A DNA stretch of 64,000 bases from positions 24,824 to 88,823 of the IMG/VR virus record IMGVR_UViG_3300027779_001649; one strand, given 5' to 3'. This DNA comes from a virus. The translations under genes and the position numbers were made by a program. The notes beneath the pieces are model-generated. The model did no database searches, had not been told where the DNA came from, and saw only the letters and a list, made by a program, of their open reading frames with translations. Shown one piece after another: positions 18,453-27,031 of the stretch (its first letter is position 1; every line of letters begins with the position of its first letter).

Positions 18453-19500
18453 AATTATAAGGAGTAAATGCTTTGTTCTTATAAGGAACTACTTTACTTG
18501 CCCATTTCTTTTGACTCGCAAGAACTTTCCGAAACCATTTGTTCTTTTTGGATTCTTCTTTAAACATAATATCTATGGTTTTCAATTCTGCAACAAGAAT
18601 ATCAGGTGGTGTCTTCATGATACGCACCCCATGCTTTTCAACCATTCTTGATAACGCTCTTGCGTTTTCGGATTGTATCCAAGTGAGCCACCACAGATAG
18701 GACTCATATGCAGCAGAACGCACTGAGGCACGTTGAGAGTCAGATAGACTCCTCCAGATACCACCATTAATAAGAAGGTCACCAGTATTACTATGTTCAT
18801 GTAAACTATTTAGATAGTAATATTTCCAGATAGTTGGAAACCCTAGTCTTTCATCTTCTAATCCACCGACAAATTCTGCACAGTTGATTACACCTTTCTG
18901 TCCAGCAGCAAGAATCTCTCCACCAGGCATACCAATAGTCTGCATACCCATACGAGCATATAGTTCTACATTAATGCCTGTCTGTCTGCACTTAAAGTTT
19001 TTAAGGTCTGCAAGGTTTTCAATTGGACGATGGAACCACCCCAAAGGTTGATTCTGAGTAGGCATAACAGGGAAAGGGACTACATCCAGTTTCAACACTT
19101 CTTGATAAAATGTACGATACATCTCTAGTCCACCACCGTGAAACATCCATCCAAGAAAATCAATACCATCCATTCCATATGGGCCTCCTAAAGGAGAGTT
19201 AAATAGTCCTAGAGTTTTATCCTTACCCACCCAATAATAACTCTGTGTCCATGCACCTCCCACAGCACCAGATGCTGTTGCATCAAGAACTTGAAAGGCT
19301 GGGACTAAAGCACCAGCAGGTTTAATCTCCATCAGAACTTTACCATCAGTTAGAACTTTAACTTTATCTGCAATGAACTTTGCTTGTTCATTGAAAGTAC
19401 TAACAGCAGGATAAGAACTTGCGATTAAGATTTTTGTGCCCGCAGATGCAGGGGAAAAGGTTAATAGGATGGCAGCCGCAGCCATATAAATATATTTCAT
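18424..19500 (-). CDS. dctP: TRAP substrate-binding protein, TakP-like (2-oxo/monocarboxylate subgroup)
   Basis: Signal peptide; PAGALVPAFQVLDA, YYWVGK, QPLGWF, DLKNFKCRQTG (conserved Arg), MPGGEI, CAEFVG. Confidence 0.9.
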   Translation of the reverse strand: MKYIYMAAAAILLTFSPASAGTKILIASSYPAVSTFNEQAKFIADKVKVLTDGKVLMEIKPAGALVPAFQVLDATASGAVGGAWTQSYYWVGKDKTLGLFNSPLGGPYGMDGIDFLGWMFHGGGLEMYRTFYQEVLKLDVVPFPVMPTQNQPLGWFHRPIENLADLKNFKCRQTGINVELYARMGMQTIGMPGGEILAAGQKGVINCAEFVGGLEDERLGFPTIWKYYYLNSLHEHSNTGDLLINGGIWRSLSDSQRASVRSAAYESYLWWLTWIQSENARALSRMVEKHGVRIMKTPPDILVAELKTIDIMFKEESKKNKWFRKVLASQKKWASKVVPYKNKAFTPYNYAADYYWGK

Positions 19501-19526
19501 GATTACTCCTTATTCAAATCACTTCT

Positions 19527-20771
19527 CTAGTTATTTAGGTACGTTGGTAACCACGTTGCTATACTAGGAATCATAAAAATAATTATCACAGCAAGTACCT
19601 GTATCCACATAAACGGCATCATACCTTTAAATATCATACCCAAATCCCATTCTGGAACGACCTGTTTTATATAATATGATGTTAACGCAACGGGTGGTGT
19701 TAAGTAGGCAGTCTGTATAACTATCCCTAAACAAACTGCAAACCATAACATATCCACACCAGAACTAATAAGAACTGGTAAGAATATGGGAACAAATACC
19801 AACACTACCACAGGCCATTCAAACGGCCATCCCAATAGATGACATAGTACTAGTATACAACCGACTAATGCCCAAGGGGGTATTGGTAAAGAATTTAAGG
19901 TGTCCACTATCACGTTATCGCCGCCTAGTGCAGTAAAGACCGCACCAAATATTGTGGAGGAGATTGCGAGTAGCATAACCACAGCAGAAGTGTCTGTAGT
20001 TTTTAATAGAGTTTCTTTCAGTTCTAACTTACCGTTTAACAATGCAAGAACTAATGCACCGAAAGCACCAAACGCACCAGCTTCTGTAGACGTTGCAAGT
20101 CCAAATAACATAGAACCTAACACAGTAGATATAAGAACTGCTAGAGGGATAACATCTATTAAAACTCTACGATAGTCTGGTGTCTCTTGTTGTTTGGGTA
20201 CAGAATGAAATAGACAGTATATCGCATACATTGATGCAATCATTAATCCTGGCACTAATGCTCCAGCATAAAGATCAATAATACTAAGGTTCATAGTAGG
20301 AGCCATAACTATAAGAGGAACGGATGGTGGTATCATAATAAGAGAACCACCACCAGCAATAACTCCTGCCGTCAATTTCGGATTGTAACCTAGTTTCATC
20401 ATATGAGGAGCTGCCATAATACCAAGTAATGTTACAGACGCACCAACTACTCCTGTCGCAAGACTTATCAATACTGCAATAACAATAACAACTAAGTTAA
20501 GATTACCAACTATAGTTTTCATACTATAGAATAGTTTCTCAACTAATCCTGCCTTTTCGCAAATATAACCCATGAATATAAACATAGGTATAGCCATGAA
20601 TACTTCGTTTGATAATGCGCCGACTAAGTTATAGTACGCAAGATCAAATACATTCTCCCCCATAGAGAGAAATCCAAAACCTAATGCTAGAAATATAAGA
20701 GTGAAAGCTACAGGTAAACCCAAAAATATACCTATAATCATAGTCACTAACATCACAATCGCAAGCAACAC
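19527..20771 (-). CDS. dctM: TRAP large permease
   Basis: GLPVAF, AIPMFIFMG, IPPSVPLI, ATSTEAGAFGA, YLTPPVA. Confidence 0.92.
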   Translation of the reverse strand: MLLAIVMLVTMIIGIFLGLPVAFTLIFLALGFGFLSMGENVFDLAYYNLVGALSNEVFMAIPMFIFMGYICEKAGLVEKLFYSMKTIVGNLNLVVIVIAVLISLATGVVGASVTLLGIMAAPHMMKLGYNPKLTAGVIAGGGSLIMIPPSVPLIVMAPTMNLSIIDLYAGALVPGLMIASMYAIYCLFHSVPKQQETPDYRRVLIDVIPLAVLISTVLGSMLFGLATSTEAGAFGAFGALVLALLNGKLELKETLLKTTDTSAVVMLLAISSTIFGAVFTALGGDNVIVDTLNSLPIPPWALVGCILVLCHLLGWPFEWPVVVLVFVPIFLPVLISSGVDMLWFAVCLGIVIQTAYLTPPVALTSYYIKQVVPEWDLGMIFKGMMPFMWIQVLAVIIIFMIPSIATWLPTYLNN

Positions 20772-21196
20772 TTCCTCACTTCCTGTACACCATATATCAA
20801 TAACAAAATTAATCCTAAAGTAATAGAAAATTTATATGGCCATATTATTAATTGCGTCATTGTATTGGAACTCTTTTCCCATATAGAAATGCTTCTAAAA
20901 CTATCCATTGCAGAATAGTACGTGAGAATACCAATAGAGGGAAAGAATAGACAGTAACCTAGAAGATCTATGATTGATTTTGTTCTATCTGAAAAGTTCT
21001 TCCAGTAGATATCTGTTCGTATGTGAGTTCCTTTGGAAAGACTATAACTAGCACCTAATATAATTAATGCGCCATATAATTGTGGTACGATATCAACAGC
21101 AAAGTCAAATCTTAAATCAAAAAAAAATCTACCTAGAACATTGGTAACAGTTAGTAAAACGATTCCCAAAACAAACCATGAATATATTTTAATCAT
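20753..21196 (-). CDS. dctQ: TRAP small permease
   Basis: Four hydrophobic segments, GRFFF, LGASYSL, HIRTDI. Confidence 0.88.
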   Translation of the reverse strand: MIKIYSWFVLGIVLLTVTNVLGRFFFDLRFDFAVDIVPQLYGALIILGASYSLSKGTHIRTDIYWKNFSDRTKSIIDLLGYCLFFPSIGILTYYSAMDSFRSISIWEKSSNTMTQLIIWPYKFSITLGLILLLIYGVQEVRKCCLRL

Positions 21197-21877
21197 CTAC
21201 TTCTTAATTTGCATATGAGCATTAAAACTCATACTCCTTCTTTCACCTTTAACATGAAATGGATAGACAAAGTGTTTTAAATAGGACGGAAAAACTAATA
21301 ACTTTCCAACCTCTGGTTTAAATTTTACACCATCACTTCGCATATCACAAGCCTCTCCATACATAAATTCAATCAAACCATTCGCAGGGTAATGGTCTTC
21401 ACCATCCTCTTGATATTCTCCTTCCATCTCATCAGGTAATTTTAAATAGATGACGGCTGAAAAGTCACCACTATGTTTATGCCAAGGATTATACTCCCCA
21501 GCATATTGACTGACTATCCAGCTCTGTGTTAAATGGATGTTATCTAATTGGGGAACAGTACTATGTCCTGACATCTTGTACCAATTATATGCTCTATTCT
21601 TGTCTCTTATATAATTTAGGTAGTCCAGACATCCCCTCTTCATAGTATCAGAGAGATACTTCTTATCATCATCAGAGGAAATTGGTATCTGAATTTCCTT
21701 ATGAACCTTGCCTACCAGATTATCAGACCAATCCCATTGAGCACTTTGTTGCTCACTACTTAGTATCTTGTCTCCAACCTTATTTACAATTTTAACGAAC
21801 GTCTCTGGTACAGAGGTTTCTAAAATCGTAGGACTGAATACTTCATGCCAAATCTTATCCCCTCTTATCTTAGTCAT
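21197..21877 (-). CDS. 2OG-Fe(II) oxygenase (HxH...H...R type)
   Basis: YNPWHKHSG, FPSYLKHFVYPF, ERRSMSFN. Confidence 0.85.
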   Translation of the reverse strand: MTKIRGDKIWHEVFSPTILETSVPETFVKIVNKVGDKILSSEQQSAQWDWSDNLVGKVHKEIQIPISSDDDKKYLSDTMKRGCLDYLNYIRDKNRAYNWYKMSGHSTVPQLDNIHLTQSWIVSQYAGEYNPWHKHSGDFSAVIYLKLPDEMEGEYQEDGEDHYPANGLIEFMYGEACDMRSDGVKFKPEVGKLLVFPSYLKHFVYPFHVKGERRSMSFNAHMQIKK

Positions 21878-22172
21878 CTATTTCTTCATTTGCGGCAGAT
21901 GCGGTTATCTCATTTTCAATACAGTAAATATCTCTTGCATTAAAAAACTCTTGGGCATCTGCTTCTTCGTTAAAATTAAATCTACTTTCATAAGTATCAA
22001 ATAATGCTATTGCCGTCATTACCAAACCATCGTCTGAAATTATCTTAGAGACAATTCGCCGTTTTCCTGACTTATCATATTTCCAACTAAGTGTATGAAA
22101 TTTTTCTGACATTGGATACCATTCAACATCTGTGTTCGGACGGGTTAAAGTATACGTTTGTTTAACACTCAT
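21870..22172 (-). CDS. Small TRPNTD-motif protein (paralog B)
   Basis: LTRPNTDVEWY, SGKR, ISDDGLV, NARD shared with 11381..11692. Confidence 0.75.
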   Translation of the reverse strand: MSVKQTYTLTRPNTDVEWYPMSEKFHTLSWKYDKSGKRRIVSKIISDDGLVMTAIALFDTYESRFNFNEEADAQEFFNARDIYCIENEITASAANEEIDD

Positions 22173-22869
22173 TTAAATTGTTCTCCTTTACTGGGCTTCG
22201 TCTATTATAAAATACTTTTCCTTCAGAACTTATTCCATAGACACACCCCTGTTCATATTTATATGTTCTAATCATATGATTACTCATCTGGGGGCCTCTC
22301 TCTATGTATTTGTTGTTTGCCCAACCCTCAAATGATGGATGCAGATAAAATGGTTGAAAATTTTCTATAGGAAAAGAATCCCCTTGAAAATTACTAAGAA
22401 CATTCCAAGATTGTGTTAAAAGGAAATATCTAACTCTCTCTTTCCACCGTCTATCCACAAAGGTAAACAGAGTACTGTATTCATGGGGAGTAACAACTAC
22501 CCGTGTCAGTATACGAGGATTATTTATATTAAATTTAAATAATTGATCTGAAGGACATACTTCTTTAAGATATTTTGAGACAACATCATCCTCATACACC
22601 TCTATCTCCTTGTCCATATCTCTTAACTTACAGGCCCTTTCGTAACATAATTGTGTAAATCCTTTATCATCTAGATCATTATTATATTCATATGGTGGAG
22701 ATTTGTAGTATGTACCATCCATTTCAAATGGGGTATCAATAAACTCACCCTCTTTGTCATTCACATAACTGTAGGACGGTTGACCATACTTAATAATCAA
22801 GTCATGTTCTTTTATACTCTTCGCAGATTTGACATTGCGTAGCTCTGGTGTAACATAAACAAATTTCAT
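22162..22869 (-). CDS. PP-loop-family paralog lacking the SGGxDS motif
   Basis: RACKLRDMDKEIEVY...LKEVCPSDQL and RYFLLTQS...ENFQPF align to 25874..27031. Confidence 0.65.
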   Translation of the reverse strand: MKFVYVTPELRNVKSAKSIKEHDLIIKYGQPSYSYVNDKEGEFIDTPFEMDGTYYKSPPYEYNNDLDDKGFTQLCYERACKLRDMDKEIEVYEDDVVSKYLKEVCPSDQLFKFNINNPRILTRVVVTPHEYSTLFTFVDRRWKERVRYFLLTQSWNVLSNFQGDSFPIENFQPFYLHPSFEGWANNKYIERGPQMSNHMIRTYKYEQGCVYGISSEGKVFYNRRSPVKENNLNEC

Positions 22870-22874
22870 ATCAA

Positions 22875-22882
22875 TATATATA
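22875..22882. promoter_or_regulatory. Palindromic bidirectional late-type promoter TATATATA
   Basis: Centred in an 18 bp divergent gap, exactly 5 nt from each ATG (22869 minus, 22888 plus). Confidence 0.65.
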
Positions 22883-22887
22883 AGGGT

Positions 22888-23544
22888 ATGGAACCACCTT
22901 ATAGATTAGGTCTTGTTGCCACCAGTAGAAGTGGAAGTACATATTTTCGTAGATATCTTTGCGATAAATATGGTCTACACGATTCGGCCTCATGGTTAAA
23001 ACACAATCCCTATGAAAAGATAAATGAAGCCCCCTTTGCAAAGAAACATCATATTCTAAAAATTCTAACACACTATGTTCCTGATGATGAAATAGATGAA
23101 GTTATATCAGAATCAGAAACAGTATGGTTATATAGAAAGAATACGTTTAAGCAGTTTCTCTCTCATGTCTACCGACTAATAACCAAGATAAATTTGGTAT
23201 ATAAGAAGGAAGAAATAGAGTTTTTAAAAAATAGTATTCCAAACAATAGTATTGTAGCCACAACAGAACAATACGATACTTTCATGAGAAGACTTGAAAA
23301 ATTTTGGGATTTATTTTATAGTAGAAATAAAGGAACACTAGTAGAATATGAAAAATTTGTTTCTGATCCAAAAGAAGTTGGTTGGGAAATTATGGAAGAC
23401 TATAATTTAGAATGGATAACGTGGGAATCTATGGAGCCGGAATCACATGGATGGCCTGATATTAAAATACCATTGAAAATGTCCATAGATTATGAAAATA
23501 AATTTAAAAATATAGAGGAAATTAGGAAATGGTTTAATGGGTAG
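22888..23544 (+). CDS. Sulfotransferase-like P-loop protein (Stf0-like)
   Basis: ATSRSGSTYF 5'-PSB loop, LYRKN..KQFLS, VEYEKF. Confidence 0.7.
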   Translation: MEPPYRLGLVATSRSGSTYFRRYLCDKYGLHDSASWLKHNPYEKINEAPFAKKHHILKILTHYVPDDEIDEVISESETVWLYRKNTFKQFLSHVYRLITKINLVYKKEEIEFLKNSIPNNSIVATTEQYDTFMRRLEKFWDLFYSRNKGTLVEYEKFVSDPKEVGWEIMEDYNLEWITWESMEPESHGWPDIKIPLKMSIDYENKFKNIEEIRKWFNG

Positions 23545-24274
23545 ATATTGTTTAATTTGCACTCCACGGTCTGGTTCATTTTATGTTCAAAATTATATAT
23601 CCAAAATTTTTGACTTAGAATTTGGTAGTGAATGGTTTGGTAGAGTTAAGCATGTTGGATATAAAGGTATGGAGACTTCTTCAGTAGATATAGACCACAG
23701 TGTTAATGAAGACTTATTAACTAATGAAGAAATAAGTAAGAGATTAGTATATTTAAAAAACTACGAAACCTCATTTATTATTAAATGTATGCCGTTCCAA
23801 TTATCAAATACAATAGAGAGAAAAGACTTACCCGATAAAGAAAAAATGGAAGTTGCAACAAAAATTATGAAGAATTTTGATTTGATTTATATGGAAACTA
23901 AAGATAAAGTATCCCAGTTTTGTTTTGATGTTATATCTAAGAATCAAGATATTGGTAAAAGAAATTTCACCCACTACAATCCTGATATAAGACAAATACC
24001 CCTAGAAAACTCAATGACTGCAACTAGAGAAAACTACGAGAGTTTTTGTGAACGTCAAGACTTCGTTACTAGGTTTCAAGAAAAAAATTGGAAAGGTGAG
24101 CCCATAATAGTATGGGAAGATTTTATAAATAGTCCTAATATTGAAATGACAAAAATTAAAGATTGGTATAAAATTGATGAAAAAAATATTACAGTGAATA
24201 GACCCATCATCTCACATGCAGCTTATAAATTGGTCTTTAGTAATTATGGAGAAATTGAAAAATGGTTTGGATAG
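23537..24274 (+). CDS. Sulfotransferase-like P-loop protein
   Basis: CTPRSGSFY, SEWF, IIKCM, VWEDF. Confidence 0.65.
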   Translation: MGRYCLICTPRSGSFYVQNYISKIFDLEFGSEWFGRVKHVGYKGMETSSVDIDHSVNEDLLTNEEISKRLVYLKNYETSFIIKCMPFQLSNTIERKDLPDKEKMEVATKIMKNFDLIYMETKDKVSQFCFDVISKNQDIGKRNFTHYNPDIRQIPLENSMTATRENYESFCERQDFVTRFQEKNWKGEPIIVWEDFINSPNIEMTKIKDWYKIDEKNITVNRPIISHAAYKLVFSNYGEIEKWFG

Positions 24275-24834
24275 ACGGAAAAAATATGCCTAAATGGCAC
24301 AGGAATGATGATTTTCTACATGACCTTGCTATATCATTGGTAGAAGTTCATACCAGAGAACCTCAGAACGAACCAGAAACAAATATGTTTAAGATAGCAG
24401 ATGGTCTTGATACCTCTGATCCATTTGTTAAGGAAGCAGTAAGGCACTTCAATGTAATAAGAGAAGACTTAGCATGTAAGAGTGCAGTTCTACATGGTGA
24501 TTTGTGGAACGAGAATATAATCATAAAAGAAAATGGTAGATTATCAGGACTGATTGATTGGGAACACACTCAAATAGGCGACCCTCATTGGGACTTCCGT
24601 ATGATTAGAAGATTTATAGGCTGGGACGATTTACATTGGCTTATCACTTTGTATAATGCTAAGGCTCAATATAAAATTAATTCTGCTACTATTTACATCT
24701 TAGATAAACTAGCACTTTGCCATCAGTATCAATATAGACTAAGAAAAAATGATAGCCCTCTTTGGAACGACACCGCATTATTTAAAGAGTATATGGAAAG
24801 ATGGCCAGTGTGCGTTAATGAAATATCCGACTAG
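24262..24834 (+). CDS. APH/choline-kinase-like phosphotransferase (mainly C-lobe)
   Basis: LHGDLWNENII, GLIDWE, GDPHWDF. Confidence 0.85.
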   Translation: MVWIDGKNMPKWHRNDDFLHDLAISLVEVHTREPQNEPETNMFKIADGLDTSDPFVKEAVRHFNVIREDLACKSAVLHGDLWNENIIIKENGRLSGLIDWEHTQIGDPHWDFRMIRRFIGWDDLHWLITLYNAKAQYKINSATIYILDKLALCHQYQYRLRKNDSPLWNDTALFKEYMERWPVCVNEISD

Positions 24835-25414
24835 AACATATAACTTTTATAATAAGCCTATTAATCTAGATATAGTTCCCAGATGCACCCTCCTTTGTTC
24901 CAAGTGTATGAGACAATCAGATTTTTATAAGTTTGTAGATAAAAGTAAATTAGAAGAGATAAGTATAAAAGACTACGAAAAGATTCTCAACTGTTTTTCA
25001 TATGTTGAATGGTGTGGTCAAACTGGTGACCCCATATTTCATACTAAATTCTTTACTCTTCTTGAGATGAGCAGGGGTACTAAATTAGACATCCATACTG
25101 CCGCCTCACATAAACCTAAAGAATGGTATAAGAAAGCATTTAAAACTAATAAAGATGCAAAGTGGATATTTGGGGTAGATGGGTTACCAAAGGACAGCCA
25201 TATCTATAGAATAAATCAAGATGGTGAATTCCTATTTGAAGTTATGAAAATGGGATCAGATATGGGTTTAGAGATTCAGTGGCAGATGATAAAGTTTAAG
25301 TATAATCAAAATAACATAGATGAAGTAATGCAGCTCTGTAGAGATAATTCTATCAGTTTTAAATTAATAAGATCCTCAAGGTTCGTATCAGATGACCCAC
25401 TCAGACCAATTTAA
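24818..25414 (+). CDS. Radical SAM enzyme (paralog 2; start MKYPTR)
   Basis: CTLLCSKC, CGQTGDP, TAASH, FGVDGL, YRINQDGE. Confidence 0.88.
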   Translation: MKYPTRTYNFYNKPINLDIVPRCTLLCSKCMRQSDFYKFVDKSKLEEISIKDYEKILNCFSYVEWCGQTGDPIFHTKFFTLLEMSRGTKLDIHTAASHKPKEWYKKAFKTNKDAKWIFGVDGLPKDSHIYRINQDGEFLFEVMKMGSDMGLEIQWQMIKFKYNQNNIDEVMQLCRDNSISFKLIRSSRFVSDDPLRPI

Positions 25415-25892
25415 ACCAAGATGTATATCAGGACAATGTTTAGGGCATTCTAATAAGGGGTACTTAGTTCCTTGTTGTTTTGTAGATGCATTTTATGATA
25501 ATATTGAGAAAAAGAAACTCATACATCATGATAACGATAAACTTAATGCATTGTGGGATACATCCTTAAAAATTTCCAATAATAACCATATACATGATAT
25601 AACAATGAGTGATATATGGATGGATTTTTATACCATGTTACAGGATAAAGATCAAGAGAAACCTTTAATGTGTATTAAGTGTTGTGACCCTGTATATACT
25701 AAGGAGTTAAAAGAAGGTGAAATAGCTCCAACACGATTTAGCCAGAAGACTAATCCAGTACATGCTGTCAGCAGAAGAAGTACAGAAGTAACTCATGTGA
25801 TAAAGATTAATAGTATGTCAGTAAATGATGAACTTTTGGTGATGACCTCATCTGGCCGACCTAAGCCAAAAGATTATAAACAAAGAGAATGA
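25392..25892 (+). CDS. Stand-alone SPASM/twitch-like domain protein
   Basis: KPRCI...GYLVPCCF...PLMCIKCC. Confidence 0.75.
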   Translation: MTHSDQFKPRCISGQCLGHSNKGYLVPCCFVDAFYDNIEKKKLIHHDNDKLNALWDTSLKISNNNHIHDITMSDIWMDFYTMLQDKDQEKPLMCIKCCDPVYTKELKEGEIAPTRFSQKTNPVHAVSRRSTEVTHVIKINSMSVNDELLVMTSSGRPKPKDYKQRE

Positions 25893-27031
25893 CGGTCAAG
25901 ATAATCCATGATGTTATCCTTATGAACTATCGTTCCATCATTAACAATCGCCTTCACCCTAAAATCATTAGGTAATGGTGAGTAGAACTCTTTCTGAGCT
26001 CTTCCTTCCATCAATCTAGTTTTTCCTATACCATATGCAAATTCCCTATCATATAATGCAATGAAGTCTCTCAACATCATCTTTGCTTTCTGGAATCTTT
26101 CTGGGTCACTCCTAGGACTGTGATTATACCAAAACATATTTCTATTATAATGTTGATTAATTGACCACTTGTGTATATCTGGATCTCTAAAGAACGGCTG
26201 ATAATTTTCTAGGTCAATCTCATCTGCTTTTATATTTTGTAAGAAACGGAATGACTGTGTGATGAATGTATACCGTGTTATTGTCCACCACATTTCATAA
26301 TTCCATTCCTCATTTTCTGGGTCATCTAGATTTGGTTTCTTTCTTGGGTCTATTGCATACCCCAATGGTTTGTTGGGATCACGAACTGCGTCATCTACTT
26401 GTGGGGGGTAACCGACACTACCAAACAATCTATCAGCTTCGCACCCACTAGTATAAACATTAATATCTGGATTCGCCATACCATAAATGTTTCCTGTCAT
26501 ATCTAAACGATGCGGGCCTTTAATAACATAATCTTCCCATAACTTGGGATAATGTTTAATAACTGCGTCACCTCCAGCAATGATATGCAGCTGTTCTCTA
26601 GGACAAACTTCTTTCAGTGCGTATAACATAGCAGTACTATCTACACCACCAGAATAGAATACCTCAATATGTTTACCCATATCTCTTAATTCTTCTGCAC
26701 GTTTAATCATAAGGTCATTAAAGTCTGCGTTCTCTACCTCTGGATAATATTTGTAATCCAAAACAGGATAATACTTTTCCATATTATCCATATTAAACAC
26801 ATATTCATCTACACCCAAAGAATCACTTATGTATGAACTCTTAGGACGATGGCAATATTGAGTCATAAATTCTTCACGTTGTCTCGCTTCCTTATACTCT
26901 TCAAAGAACTCTTTCTCAAATTCAGGCCATCCGTACTGTCCCTTTCTAGGCGCACCTTTAACAACCTTATCCATAGCCCTTCTGAAGTCATCAGAAATAT
27001 ATACATACTTAATTGTGCTTTTCATAGTCAC
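25874..27031 (-). CDS. Asparagine-synthetase-like PP-loop enzyme (paralog 2)
   Basis: YSGGVDST, SGCEADRLFGS, AKMMLRDFI. Confidence 0.75.
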   Translation of the reverse strand: MTMKSTIKYVYISDDFRRAMDKVVKGAPRKGQYGWPEFEKEFFEEYKEARQREEFMTQYCHRPKSSYISDSLGVDEYVFNMDNMEKYYPVLDYKYYPEVENADFNDLMIKRAEELRDMGKHIEVFYSGGVDSTAMLYALKEVCPREQLHIIAGGDAVIKHYPKLWEDYVIKGPHRLDMTGNIYGMANPDINVYTSGCEADRLFGSVGYPPQVDDAVRDPNKPLGYAIDPRKKPNLDDPENEEWNYEMWWTITRYTFITQSFRFLQNIKADEIDLENYQPFFRDPDIHKWSINQHYNRNMFWYNHSPRSDPERFQKAKMMLRDFIALYDREFAYGIGKTRLMEGRAQKEFYSPLPNDFRVKAIVNDGTIVHKDNIMDYLDRHSLCL

